Source of the DNA: the human T2T-CHM13v2.0 reference genome, Homo sapiens
Reading direction: 5' to 3'
NCBI GenBank assembly: GCA_009914755.4
Contig: CP068257.2
Span: forward strand, 32,192,001-32,256,000
DNA length: 64,000 nucleotides
Position numbers and translations under genes: made by a program. This document shows, piece after piece, positions 13,452-27,175 of the stretch (position 1 is its first letter; every line of letters starts with the position of its first letter). The notes beneath the pieces were generated by a model that was not told where the DNA came from, did no database searches, and saw nothing but the letters and a program-made list of their open reading frames with translations.

Positions 13452-16400
13452 GTAAACCCACATTAACTGTTTCCTCTCCCTTTCTGTGCGGTGATTCTCT
13501 TTGTGGGGAGTCACGATGTTTGACAGCGGAACTTTGTTGGGTTTTGCTAAGTTCTGGAATGTGACAGTAAATCCAGTGTGACCTGTCATTGTTTGATCTT
13601 GTCATTTGGCACTGCGCAGTAAGCACTGGCTTCCCCCAAGCAGAATGCCATCAGGGCTAAGTGGAGGCTGAGTGTGATGGGGCTGGTCCGCATCAGCTGG
13701 GAGGATAATGTTCAGTATTAAGCTCTCTTCCTGCCTGTAACTGACTTACGCTTTGGAGTAAACTTTCTTGATTAGATCATTATGGTCATTGATTTTTAAA
13801 TGCCCAAGAATGGTAGCAATATTTTGCCTGTATAAACAGAAGTATTCTGGTGATAATCGCCCCAGAATATTGGATATTATTAGAAAGTTTTTAGAATTTC
13901 TGGTTTTGCCCACACAGTAGAAAGACACAAGATCTAAGGGATGGGTACACTTTTGGCTAGGCCTTAGAATCTCCGTTGATCAGGACTGAATTTAAGTGCT
14001 GTTATCCGTATGAATTGGAAGTGCTCTCACTGTTGTTAAATAGAGCCCTAAAAATTTGATCACATAAACTGTGGTCTTAAGATAGTGCAAGTTGAATGGA
14101 ATGGTGGGGTGGACCTACCACAGAGCATGGGAGTCAGTCTTGTAGGAGCCACTTGCACGTTAGTGGAGAGTTTCAGGGTATAAATGGAGTCATTTAACAG
14201 ATCCAATGCACATTTAAAAAAACCAACAAGAATTAACTCCTTTTTTTTTTAAGTGTTGACAGTCAATTCACAGTTATTTTCTTTTTCTCCTCATACCTCC
14301 TAGGTACTGAGAGAGAAAAGGCTGGCAGGGAGCCTGTAGGGGCCGCTTTCTCAGGAGTGAGCAAGTGGACAAAGTTCTCTCTCTCTTTCAAATGCCAGTA
14401 GTAGAGTGTATACTGGGCTCTTACATGTGCGGCTCCGTGTACTCGGAGCTGCTCTGGGAGCGAGGCTGGGCCTGGTGCCCTGCTCTAGGAGTCCTGCCCT
14501 TGGCCTGCTCACCTCTCCTGCAGCTCCCAGAAATGATTTTATTTGCTTGGGTTTTGTTTTTTTAAGGGGTGGCATTGTTTTGCTTTTTGGTTTTTCTTGC
14601 TGCGGTCTTGAGAGCAGCTAAGTGGAATTCCCATGGATGGATTTACATAAGTCTGCCCACCCTTGGAGAATCTGGCAGAAGCCCGGAAGAAAGTAATTTT
14701 GCCCTGCGAGACAGCTGGCATATTGGACTTTTCAGACCTGGAAACAGAGAATTCAATTCTTCTCCAGGCCAGCAAGTCGAGTCCAATGAGAGTCATACAG
14801 ATGATATTTCAGGGGAATTGGGTAAAACACTAAAAGCCAAACTCAATTTCTACTACCGTGCATGAAAACTCTTAAAGTGACTTTACCTTTTGGATCAGTT
14901 AAAATACGAAAGCCATTACTTGTAATGTATTTTAATAAGTTACAGTTTTCTACTTTAATAAAACCATCCGAAATAAATTTTAGGAAAACACACAGTGACT
15001 TTTTTTTTTAAGGTAAGTGGAGTTGTAAGGTACTTTCTTAACCACAGTCTTAAATTATTAGCCACAGAAGAACTAGCAGTACTAGAAATTTTTAGATATA
15101 CATCTAGCTATACTATTCAATAATAATGAAAAAAAAACCTGAAAACTCAGCTCTTTCGTCCTACTTGAATACAGAATTCAGTGTAAAAGCAAAATATCCG
15201 ACCCAACCTAACACCAGACCCAGCTTCAGATACCAGAACTGACGTCTGGGCATGGGGAGAGTCGTCCCATCCTGCTTCCCTTCTCTGTATGGGCAGGTCT
15301 GGGGCACAGTCTGGGGGACTTTATAGGTGCAGGGAGGACAGAACATGGCCTTCTGAATCCATCTCAGCTTATGGGGCTGGCTGTGGTTTTTCAAAGGGAG
15401 CACATTGAAACTACTTGAACTCTAGGGTACTGCCAATTGCCTTGTTCTTTTTATGGAGTATAGGGAGTAGATTCTAAGCCTGTACTAGGAAAGTTAACTG
15501 GTCACTGGAGTCTTGTTTCATTGGTATTCCTTTTTTTGATATGCAGCCTATTGAAAAATAGTGAGAGATTGCTTTTGTATAACTTTGTTCGTTAATAAAG
15601 CAGAATCAGAGTAAAAATTTAACCCGAACTTTTCCTGGTAAATGTTTCTTAAATTTCAATAAGCAAAATAAAGAGACTGTAAGTTGTGTTCCTGGTAGAT
15701 AAATGGCATATTTTTATTCTTTCAGTAACTCATGTTTTGTTTATTAAGCCTTTTGTTTTGTTTTAATTGGAATGCTTAATTTACTGCAAGATAGACTCAA
15801 GCATAAATTAATTTAGAATAAAGTACTTTGTAACAACAGATTCCGTTCTGGCTCCTGTCCTGCCTCTCGTGGTCTCTGTTGTTGGCTTACTTGGCTGGTT
15901 TAAAATTCCATGAGTATCCCAGAGAGGAATTCAACCCCAGAGCACTTTTTAAACACTTGATAGTTGGGAAGAAATATGCTCTGCCTCTATGCATTGATAG
16001 AGAAATTTCAATGTATAAACTCTGTGAAATTGGGTGGAAAGGCCACACAGGACAGCCACTGCCTCTTTGGATAGAGAGGGGTGAATAGGATGGGGGAAGA
16101 GAGGTTCCAGTTGTCCCTGTTAGTTTTTTAAAAAAGAAAGCTCCTGAAGCAAATGTGCAAAATATTAATATTTTAATGTGTTAAAACCGGGTAGTAGGCT
16201 CGTGAGTTATATTCCCTGTACTTTTTATGTGTGAAATATTTCATAATTAGCCATGTGAAAATAAGTCCGAGCTTAGTGTTTAGGATGTAAACTAACAGTC
16301 TTCCTAGCCTGGAACCTCCTCTTAGATTTGACCAGGTCCGAGAAGTGCCTGTGCTTGGAGCCCTCTGGGCTCTTACAGGCGCCATACTCTGCTGTTTTTT

Positions 16401-16615
16401 TCTCTTATAGAAATGAGTAAAAGCCACATGTTTTAATTATTTTTTTCCATGTTTTCCTGATCTATATCCTTGTGTCAGGTGATACAGTGCTATGTTTTCC
16501 CAGAATGAAAAGTGGGGCTTTGGGGCTCAAGCGGGTTTGTATCATCATTAATCGTTTTTAAAGTTGCATGATCAAAACTTCAGCATGCAAATGAGACCTT
16601 TTGCTCTGTTTTAAG

Positions 16616-16661
16616 GGCTCTGGAACTGCTGGGAAAACAGGGAGTTTAGGAAAAAAACCTG
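16616..16661 (+). CDS. ITSN1: ITSN1 46-nt coding exon: Gly/Ser/Lys-rich linker (GSGTAGKTGSLGKKP) between SH3C and SH3D
   Basis: Acceptor ctgttttaag| at 16613-16615 and donor CCTG|gtaagt at 16662. It is exactly the length needed to keep the frame between the flanking exons. Confidence 0.85.
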
Positions 16662-16916
16662 GTAAGTTACAAACCCTGATGCTTACTTTTCAATGTTTTG
16701 AATGTAATTGATAGTTGCTCCCCATCTTTGTGTATTAGGGCCAGAAGCCTAAAATAAAAAGAATCTTTCCTAAGAGTGGTGAGAGTAAGTCCTTTCCTTG
16801 GAATCCATTAATAATTTTACTTGGTTATGAGATTTGTCTGTTGCTTCACACATGAAGAGTGGAGACGTTACCTAACAGAATGTTCTCTTGGGTTGTCGAG
16901 AAATAATTCAGGTGAG

Positions 16917-17235
16917 GCCAGGCACGGTGGCTCATGCCTGTAATCCCAGCAGTTTTGGAGACCGAGGCAGGTGGATCATTTGAGGTCAGGAGTTTAAGAC
17001 CAGCCTGGCCAACAGGGGAATCCCGGTCTGTACCAAAAAATAGAAAAATTAGCCAGGCATAGTGGCATACACCTGTAATCCCAGCTACTCGAGAGGCTGA
17101 GGCAGGGGAATCACTTGAACCCGGGAGGCCAAGGTGGCAGTGAGCCGAGGTTGCTCCACTTCACTCCAGCCTGGGCGATAGAACAAGACTCTATCTCAAA
17201 AAATAAAATAAAATAAAATAAAATAAATATATAGA
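16917..17235 (+). mobile_element. Alu SINE (full length) with a target-site duplication (aataattcagg)
   Basis: Alu consensus with an (AAAAT)n tail. The flank is repeated at 16905 and 17238. Confidence 0.9.
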
Positions 17236-18388
17236 TAAATAATTCAGGCAAGATGCTGGGAAGTTATAATACATGGAGCTGTAGGATTATGGGCTCAGCT
17301 GCTTCTCCGTCTTCCTCTTAGGCTTGGTTAGCCCTTTTTCATTTCATAACAATGCATTCCCAGGACACAAACAATGGAGAAGATTAGAGTGTAGGTCCCA
17401 TTAATGTAGAAGCCATAGGATGGTTTTCCTCGGTACACATTGAAGGTACAAAATTGTAGTCATGCCTCTGAATCCAAAGTGTTTTAGTTTATTTCAGTAA
17501 AATCACATGTGCTATAAATAGCACGAAAAAGAAAAGAAAGAAGCGGATGTGAAATAATACGGTTTCTGTGGCACGTCTTCCTGGTCTAGGTCATTTGAAC
17601 TTTTTGGCTATCATATTCTTAGAAAATTATAGGTTGAAACAGTCACTGAATTGCCAAGAGACGGATTTGCTTGTCTGTCTGGTGCCCAGCTCCAACTGGG
17701 CTTACATGGCTAGGGAAAAGAAGGGAAATTTCACGTAGTCTAGGATTTTATTTTAGTCAGATAAATACTGGATGGAGTATTTAGTCAGATAAATACAGTG
17801 GATGGAGATACATTGGACCACCCCACCAAATCTCCGTTTTAAGTGTAAGTTTTCTAAGTTTTGTACACTTGTCATTCCAGAGGGTCCAGATATTTCATAG
17901 ATGAAGCCCAGGTGGGCTTTGCTTTGCACTGAAACTAGCAAGAAAGGACACAAAAGACTGCAGAGAATGTTGGGGCAGATTGCTGGCTGCGTATGCCAGG
18001 TCCCTTGAGGAGCAAGAACATCCAGTGCCAAATAGGACACTAGTTTGGTCTTTCTCCAAACCATAAACTCTTGGAACCAAGAGCTGGTCTTTGGTGTGTT
18101 GCAGGAGAGTCCTCATCCCAGCGTAGACATCCCAGCTGGAGCTCCCAGTCAGAGCCTAGGCTGGGCCAGTAGACCATGCTGTGGCCTTTCTTGCTTGCCC
18201 CAAGCTCTGCAAAGCATCAGGCAGGGCCAGGCCTGCACCATGACCGCCAGGTGCTTCTATCCTGGTGGCCGACCCCTGATAGCATGCAGAACAGAATGAG
18301 AGCGGCTTGCTTAAGGGCCAGAGTCTTACTTGTTCCCTGGAGTGAGTAGAAAAGTAGGAAATCTCGTCAGAACATGAGACCTTTTTGC

Positions 18389-18472
18389 GTTCTTCCTTTC
18401 CATTCTTCTTTACTTCATTCCCTCTTTCTTCTTTTTTTTCTGTCCTTCTTTCCTTCTTTTCTCCTTTCGTTC
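18389..18472. repeat. CT-rich polypyrimidine low-complexity tract (~85 bp)
   Basis: The sequence is ttcttcctttccattcttctttacttcattccctctttcttcttttttttctgtccttctttccttcttttctcctttcgtt. Confidence 0.8.
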
Positions 18473-19421
18473 ACAAACCACACTTGGAGAGCAAGGGTAG
18501 AGGAGCAGAACAGTTTGTTCTCTATTGCTTCTAGAAGTTCAGAAAGCAGTAGTTGCAGATGAGCCAGAACTCAGGCAGAGAAGGGTTCTGTCTCTTCATA
18601 CTCAGTCTCCTGGGCCCGTGGAAATGGTGTGTTTCAGAGCCTGGTCTGTGGTACCGCTGGAGTTTTTCCCATGGGACTTTTCACATTCAGGAAAAGTACA
18701 GAACTGTTCACATTTTTTTCCCTGTGCTGAATTGTTTTTGCATAAAGTTCCCTTCTTAACTCCAGGTCCCTCCTGTAACGTGAAATAAAAAGAAAGAAAT
18801 TTGCCCTGCCATGATTTGCACCTGATATTCAGGGATCACTCTCAAAATGTGAGCCATAAAGAAGAAGGCTGTGTCGTTGGGAGTGAGAATCTGCAGCAAC
18901 AACATAGAAATAAGCCCCTGCCGGGCTCCCAGTGGTTTCTGAGGAAAATGGGCTTCTCTTTCTACTGTACTTGGCAGCTAGAAAAGCTATTGAGTCCTTT
19001 AGTCACTTCAAAGTAGCACTTTAGCCATTGGGTGCTACTGTGCTGGGGTGGGTGGTGAATGAGGCCCCACCCTTGGCCTCAGGGCATTCTGGGTAATTAT
19101 GGGAGGGGTGTGACAGAAGGTGCCAGGAGTGGGCAAGGAGCGGACTTCGTGGAGGGAAGTTGGTAAGTAAGTTTCACGGGATGACAAGGGAGTCTGCAGC
19201 CCACTGAGGGCTCAAGGATCAGCCAGGCCCTTGAATGCCGTGTCTGCCTGGTAGCTCTGGGAACGGGCGATTCAGGGAGCCTTACTCGTTGGGTAGAAAT
19301 CCAGCTCAATACATTGGTTTTGATGTGTTCATCTGTGAACCTGGGAGGCGCCTGCATCTTCTTGGCCTTTTCTCCTGCTGACTCTTAACAGTGCACTGCC
19401 GTGTTTGATCTTGTTTTTCAG

Positions 19422-19543
19422 AAATTGCCCAGGTTATTGCCTCATACACCGCCACCGGCCCCGAGCAGCTCACTCTCGCCCCTGGTCAGCTGATTTTGAT
19501 CCGAAAAAAGAACCCAGGTGGATGGTGGGAAGGAGAGCTGCAA
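19422..19543 (+). CDS. ITSN1: ITSN1 coding exon: N-terminal part of SH3D ([41 protein letters not shown])
   Basis: Acceptor ttgtttttcag| at 19419-19421 and donor CAA|gtcagt at 19544. The frame is continuous. Confidence 0.9.
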
Positions 19544-22500
19544 GTCAGTGTCTTTTTTGTTTATTTACAATTCTCCATCCAAGTTTCAATACACAAAATC
19601 TCAAAGGGACGCTATTTTATTGTAAAGTACAAACCACCCCTCACCACCTAAATTCTGTATTTGGATAGTGAGAGATGCCAAATTTTCTGTGTTTGTTTGG
19701 TTCCTAAGTTTCAGACAGCCGGTAACAGATTTCTGAGAGCTAGGAGCGCATACGAAAACATATCTTTCCCATTCCTGAATTCAGATAGAGTCGGCATAGT
19801 GAGAACTCATATGACGAGGGATGCCTGCATATCCTTATGTGCCTTGGCATTAGAGAGTGGAGCTTTTCATCAGTGGTATTAGAAGGTGTGGCACAAGAGC
19901 AGATTTCTTTGCATTCAAAGCCACATCCATACATCACAGTATTTTTAGTTCCCGTGTGTGTGCGCGCACGTGTGTGTGTGTGTATTGTTAATCATATCAT
20001 CTTGTTTACACATTTTACCATTCCAGATACTTCCTATAAGTCTCATTTCCAGAGACAAAGATGCTTTAAAAAGATTACTGTTACGCAGTTCTCATGGTAA
20101 AACTTCTTAGAATCATTGGTGGATGCCCAATCTGCAAGAAAATTTTCAGTAGGAGCAGAAAATGTGCATGGTCTTGAAGTGACCCCCACAGATCACTCAT
20201 GATCTGCAGGGGAAAACACAATAATTATAGAGTGGGGAACTAGGACAAGACCTGAATGAGGTGATCAGAATGATGAGCAGTGGGGAGACCAGAGGACATG
20301 GTGTGTGTACAGCTGTGCCGGGAGGGAGGAGGGAGGGAGTGACTGGTCTTCAAAACCGTCAGGATCATAAAAGACAAAACCTGTCGAAAGGGGGCTAAAG
20401 AGGCGTGAGGACTGGCTGCAGTATCTAGACTCAGTGCAGTATCTAGACCCTGTGTGAAAGAAAACCACGCTGTCAAGGACATTTTTGGGATAATGGACAA
20501 AATTGGGTTATGGACACTACATTAGACAAAATTACTGTACCAGTGTAAAATTTACAGAAAGCAATAACTGTACTGTGGTTATATAAGAGAATATTCTTAT
20601 TTTTAGGAGATACGTGTTGAAGTATTTAGGGGTAGAGTTAAGATGTAAGCAACTTGCAATCAGATGAATCAAAAAAAGAACTTGCAGAGAAGAGGGTGGG
20701 GGGGGAGGGAGGGAGAACGCGCACAAATGAGGGAGCAGCTGCTGCCAAGTGTTGACAGTAGGTGAATTCGGGTAAAGGGCCTATGGGTGTTCTGTGTGCT
20801 TTTCTTATTCTTGCCAATTTTCCTGAGTTTGAAATCATTTCTAAATAAAAAGTTGCCTTTAAAAAGTTACTACTATAGCAGTTACTTGAGAGGTAAGCCA
20901 GCTGACTTTTCATACAGAAAGTGTGTCTCCCTCCCCGCATCCTCCCCCATCCAAAGTGAAGATCAGCCTCAGACTGCCAGGCGGGCACCTGGCCACCTGC
21001 TTCATAGCTTAGTGAAGGACAGGGCTTGCTCCCTGGCTTGCCCACATGGGGCCTATGGAAGGACTGAATTTTCCAGCAGCCGTCCGTCTCTCTGGCGTTT
21101 GTTGAACGTGGGCCTCTGCGTAACACAGGGGGGCCTCAGTAAGGCTTGAACGGATATAGGAAGGAATGGTTTCTGGAATGCTTTGTGAGGAAGGGGCCCA
21201 TGGGAACCCTTTGGTGGCTATTAGTGGGCCTGTAGACTGACTTACCCAATCTGCTGGTATTTGTCTGCCCATGAGCAGGACGGTATGGAACTACGTAAGT
21301 TTGAGGGGGAAGAGGGAGGCAGGAAACCTTTGCCATGCAGTGGACTAGCCACGGAAGACAGACCCTCAGGTGCTCCTGAGGAATGGAGGTTGGAACAGCA
21401 GGAGCAGGAAGGAAGAAGGCCTTGCTGGGGAAGGCCTCGGGTCTCACACAGTCCCGTCTACCACTCTGTGGAAGTGAGCCTGAGGCCAGGACAGGAAGAG
21501 CCACACTGGAGAGCTGAATATATAAGAAACGCATCTTGGCCAGAATAGAAGGCACAACCTGGAGTGTAACTAAAGATGAAACTTTCCCTGGAGAGTTTGC
21601 TGATGGACACCCATAAATGTCCAGATACTACTCACTGGTTAAGGAATCTGACCTCTGGAGGCCTGGAAATCCACTCCTTTTTGTCAGCATGCCTTCTCCT
21701 GTGCTGGGGAGGGAGAGGCCTCCTTAGACCCTCGGGTCCCACTCCCTGCTTAGAGTTGTGCTGTATCACCCATTGGTCCTTCCAGCATCATGCCCCTGTC
21801 CTGTTCTGGAGACGTGGGAGACTCCCATCGCCTGTCCTCCTTGCCTGCCAGGGGAAGGCTTCCTGCGGGGCCCCTCTCCCCGGTGCAGCCTCACGTCTTA
21901 CCGCTGAGCAATGACGTCTCCACTCCAGCCTCTTTGAAACACCAGCACCCCCTGCTCTCCTGCCTTGCTGCCTTTGTTCATGACATTTCTCACCAGCGGC
22001 CAACCAGCTCCAACCTCTCCACTTTCGCAAGAGCTGGGAGATCCCACTTCTGGAAGCTCTCTGTGACCATCCCAACCAGAAGCACCGTGTCCCTCCCCTG
22101 AGCTCCAGCACTGGCCCCGTGCCGGCACCACTCTTTAGTATTTTATATTACTTTGCTTTCTGTGCACATTTCTTACTTCCACATGTAGCTGACTAGCACC
22201 TTGGAGGCAGCAGCCGTATTTTTCAGTCCCCACACCTCTAGCACTGTGCTTAAGTGAGTGTTTGAGTGGTTCTTAGGATTCTCAATAAAGTGGCTGAGTT
22301 GCCATGACCCAGGAGAGCTCCTGGCGCTGTCACCAGAGTGACTCTCAGCGTGGATCCACAAATGAGGAAACACCAGTGAGTTCTGTGCTGTGCTGCAGAG
22401 GTGTGGGAAAGAGTGGTGTCATTGCGAGCAGAATGGTGGTATACTCGGTAGATAAACGTGGAAATTTGTAACCAGATGGCTTCAGTCATCGGCAGGTTCA

Positions 22501-23383
22501 CTGTAAACATAAAAGCTTTAGTCCTTGAGCCAAGGGGATGGAATCTATCAGACCTCAAGGAAAGGGAAACCTGCTCTGTGTTCTGAAAATGACCTAGAGG
22601 TATCCCTCTTGATAAACTGGCAGGTGGGAGGGCAGAGGTAATGTGGTGGAAGTTTTCTTTTCTTTTAGTTTTATTTCCTTATTTTGGGAATAGGTAATTA
22701 TAGTCACATGGTTTAAAATTCAAAAGTTACAAGGGGATATAAATGTCTCCCTCCCACCTTGTCCCCAGAGGTGGCTGTTTCGATCAGAGCCTTGTTTCTA
22801 GACGTGTGTGTGTGTATGTGTACGCATGTGTGTGTATGCACAAGTAGTTTTGGGTTCTCTTTTCTTGGTGGTGTACAGAAGGGTAGTCAAAGCCCGACTC
22901 ATGATCCCTAACTCGAGTCTTTTAATGGGATTGTGTCCTAACTGCAAAACCCGCCTCACCAACTTTGTTATAAACTCCCCGGGTTTATAGGGACAGTCAT
23001 CTACTGTCCCTTCCTAACAGCATGGTGCAGAAACACTCCATAAATGAGTCTTGTGTTGAATCAGATTGAATTAAGTGAGAAAGGAATGGCGGTGAAAAAT
23101 GTGGCTTTAGTCATCACATGGGCCTACGGGTTTGTGAAAGTAACATTGAGTCTCCTTGTGTTCTGTGTGTACTGCATGTATGTCATCTTGCATCTAAGGA
23201 TGTATATTACCCATAAAGGAGCATGCAGACACATGAGTGCATCTTGGCTTGCCACTAACTGCCTGTGGCCTTGGGGCTGTCACTCAACTTTTCATCTGGA
23301 AATTGAGAATAATAATACTATTATCCTTCTGGAATTGTGTGCATAAATGCACAGGGCCTGGCTCATAAAAAGTACTCAGTGAG

Positions 23384-23776
<393 letters not shown>

Positions 23777-24104
23777 CTACATTACCTGAAATTAACAGCT
23801 GAGTGCTAGCATTACATGAGTAGAATTTCCTGTCCCAGGCAATCCATGGTATATCTTAATTTTGTGATCCACACAGTCTAGCCGAAGCAAAAACATTCTG
23901 GGCTTTGCTGACCAGTGATTGCCACAATTTGAATTTTTAGCTATGGTGTTTTACTTTTGTGACATAGTAATCCATAGATTTTACCGTTAATGTCATTTGT
24001 TTTTCAGTTATATGTAAGCTTTACATAAGTGCTCTGTTATAAAGTGAGCTGTATTATAAAAGATGCGCCTTTAAAAATGTTTGATGTAATTATTTTCTTA
24101 CTAG

Positions 24105-24222
24105 GCACGTGGGAAAAAGCGCCAGATAGGCTGGTTCCCAGCTAATTATGTAAAGCTTCTAAGCCCTGGGACGAGCAAAATCACTCCAACAGAGCCACCT
24201 AAGTCAACAGCATTAGCGGCAG
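24105..24222 (+). CDS. ITSN1: ITSN1 coding exon: C-terminal part of SH3D ([19 protein letters not shown]) plus linker ([20 protein letters not shown])
   Basis: Acceptor ttttcttactag| at 24102-24104 and donor GCAG|gtaagg at 24223. Confidence 0.9.
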
Positions 24223-25385
24223 GTAAGGAGTTTCGCATCTCTAACTGGAAGATGGTCTGCATGCCACTTGAGTTTTTCCACTTGATTTTCTCATTAAATA
24301 TCTTAGGTTGTTTTTCACATGTGCTTTAAAGCACTTCCTGTACTTGCTGGGACTGACACCCAACTAATGTGATATGGAATATGTCTTTCAAAAGGACCAG
24401 ATATCTAAGTGGCTTTTCTGTGCTGGATACAACAGAACCCTTGTTGGAATGCTCTTCTTGCAGGAGTCATGAATGCTGTGGCATTAAGGCCACATTTTCC
24501 TCTTGATTTCCTTCCAGCCATTTAAATTGGGGTTTAGGCTAGGGGGTGAGGTGACAGAAAGGGACACCCAAAAATAAACGGCTGGGGTCTCAGTAGGTCA
24601 TGAGATGGAGCTGGGGGCCACGGGGGTTGGGGGGCTATAATGTGGTGTTCACTGAAGACCAAAATAGCTCCCCTGTGACATTCACTGTGGGCAGAGGGGG
24701 CTTCGCTGGGCAGGCAGGATGTTGTACTCACTTTCCTGGAGGACTGGAAAAGAACAGAGCACAGCAGTTGGCCCAGTTGGCTATTTTCTGATTGAAGGGA
24801 CCAAATGAGATGCTTCAGCAAGATCTGAGAGAGGTGAGGTCAGGGGGAGCAGATTTCTGCTTTAGGTCTTTAAGCCATCATTCTTGGTTGGCTTTTGTGG
24901 AAAGTGTAGAATTTTTGTTCCAATACCTTGTGGTTAAATATCTGTGCTGTATGTACCCAGTGAGATAAGATTAAAAACTGGCAGCCTTCTCAAGAAATTA
25001 AAGGATGGGCAAACTTTGTGATGAGCCGCAGTCCCCACTGGGCCTCTTTGCTTGAGCTGTGGCCTTGTGTAGGCTGAGGAATGTGGTTCCCGCAGGGTTT
25101 GCTGTCCCCTGGAGAGATGTGTCAGTATCCCTCCACTTCCATGTACAGCCCCTTCCTCAGGCCCGCTGAAATTAGTTGCTGAAGTGATTGAATTAGCTGG
25201 AGAATTTAAAAAGCCTAAACCTATTTATTAATAGGTTGGTTAAGAAAGATTCATAGGGACTGTGACCTGTTGGTGCAGACTCATCTGAAGTAGAAGTGCC
25301 AAAGAATGAGAACAATTTTACCTCCTGTAAGCTTGAGAGAAAATGAGAAAAGAAAAATTGTTCTTGAGGGTGGAGATTTCTTTCA

Positions 25386-25773
<388 letters not shown>

Positions 25774-26238
25774 CTAAGATTTGGAATTCTTGGAGGTCAA
25801 ATGATGATTACCTTCCACTTTAAACCAAAAAGGAAAAATGATAGTAAAGTCCCCATGATACATAGCTGTCCTGTGCAGCAGAAGATAGGATGGGGTTGGG
25901 CTGGTCTTTCCAGAGTCAGCAGTAGGAAGGAGTTCCGCTGCACTCAAAACGAAAGCCCTCGATTAGCACTGTACATTTTCTGCTGACAAGTAAACATGAA
26001 AAAGAGGACGATATCATAAAAACTAAAGACTTAGTGTGAAAATTTTGTTGTTGTCTTAGTTTTTAATTCTTCACCTTTATTGCCCACACTGTAAAAAGCC
26101 CAACAGAACAGTTCCACCTACTGTCACCCTCTTCTGAAAGGACAGAAATAGTAGCTGGGAATGTTGAATGGCTGCGCGGTACCCGTTGTGCATTCTCCGG
26201 CGGGTGTGCAGCCGCTCACCCAGCCCTGTCTCCTGCAG

Positions 26239-26430
26239 TGTGCCAGGTGATTGGGATGTACGACTACACCGCGCAGAATGACGATGAGCTGGCCTTCAAC
26301 AAGGGCCAGATCATCAACGTCCTCAACAAGGAGGACCCTGACTGGTGGAAAGGAGAAGTCAATGGACAAGTGGGGCTCTTCCCATCCAATTATGTGAAGC
26401 TGACCACAGACATGGACCCAAGCCAGCAAT
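26239..26430 (+). CDS. ITSN1: ITSN1 coding exon: SH3E domain ([64 protein letters not shown]), up to the internal 5' splice site used by the long isoform
   Basis: Acceptor ctcctgcag| at 26236-26238 and donor CAAT|gtaagt at 26431. It joins in frame (T+GG = Trp) to the DH exon at 46532. Confidence 0.9.
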
Positions 26431-26504
26431 GTAAGTGCCCTGGTGGCTCTGTCGCCTCGCCTCTCTGGTATCTTCCCGTAAAACATGCAGCATTGCTCTG
26501 ATTC
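26431..26504 (+). CDS. ITSN1: Putative short-isoform-specific C-terminal tail by read-through of the internal donor (…[30 protein letters not shown]); its exact extent is uncertain
   Basis: The open frame continues past the donor to a TGA at 26502-26504. From memory, not verified, the short ITSN1 isoform terminates just after SH3E using sequence 3' of this donor and starts CKCPG. A further donor, e.g. CCTG|gtggct at about 26447, cannot be excluded. Confidence 0.35.
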
Positions 26505-27175
26505 TGCTGAGCTTTGTTTGCAGAACTTAAAGCTAGACCATTGCTGCATTCGCAGTCGTCTCTTTGAAGACCTTCTGTAATGCAAGAGTTTATCTCATGG
26601 GGTTTTATTTCTCTTTAATTTTCATTCCTTCTGTAGCATGTCCCCTCCCTCCCCTCCCTCCTTTTTCCTTTTTTTTTTTAAATCATTTTGGCACCATGCT
26701 GTTTACATGCCTGACTCATTTTCCTAGCTTGAATTTTGCTCATTGTTTTGTTTTGCTTATGTGTTGTTTTCCTCCTTTTTCTAGGAATCATATGTTGTCC
26801 ATCCCCCCCTCAGGCTTGAAAGTCCTCAAAGAGACCCACTATCCCATATCACTGCCCAGAGGGATGATGGGAGATGCAGCCTTGATCATGTGACTTCCAG
26901 CATGATCACCTACTGCCTTCTGAGTAGAAGAACTCACTGCAGAGCAGTTTACCTCATTTTACCTTAGTTGCATGTGATCGCAATGTTTGAGTTATTACTT
27001 GCAGAGATAGGAGCAAAAATTACAAAAACACACAGGGTAGTGGGTCCTTTTGTGGCTTTCCTAGTTACTCAAATTGACTTTCCCCCACCTTTGCACAGGT
27101 GCTTTCAATAGTTTTAAAATTATTTTTAAATATATATTTTAGCTTTTTAATAAACAAAATAAATAAATGACTTCT
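26505..27175 (+). other. ITSN1: Putative 3' UTR of the short ITSN1 isoform (non-repeat, AT-rich, ends at an AATAAA cluster)
   Basis: This is a unique-sequence block directly downstream of the read-through stop. Overlapping AATAAA hexamers at 27149-27167 are followed by a GU/U-rich stretch (tgacttctttgctattttggttttgc). Confidence 0.4.
27149..27167 (+). promoter_or_regulatory. Cluster of overlapping AATAAA polyadenylation hexamers with a downstream U/GU-rich element
   Basis: The sequence is ttaataaacaaaataaataaatgacttctttgctattttggtttt. Confidence 0.4.

Noticed and set aside
26124-26585. A 153-aa - strand ORF overlapping the SH3E exon
   Set aside because: It is the antisense frame of a real coding exon, extended by chance, with no independent support.
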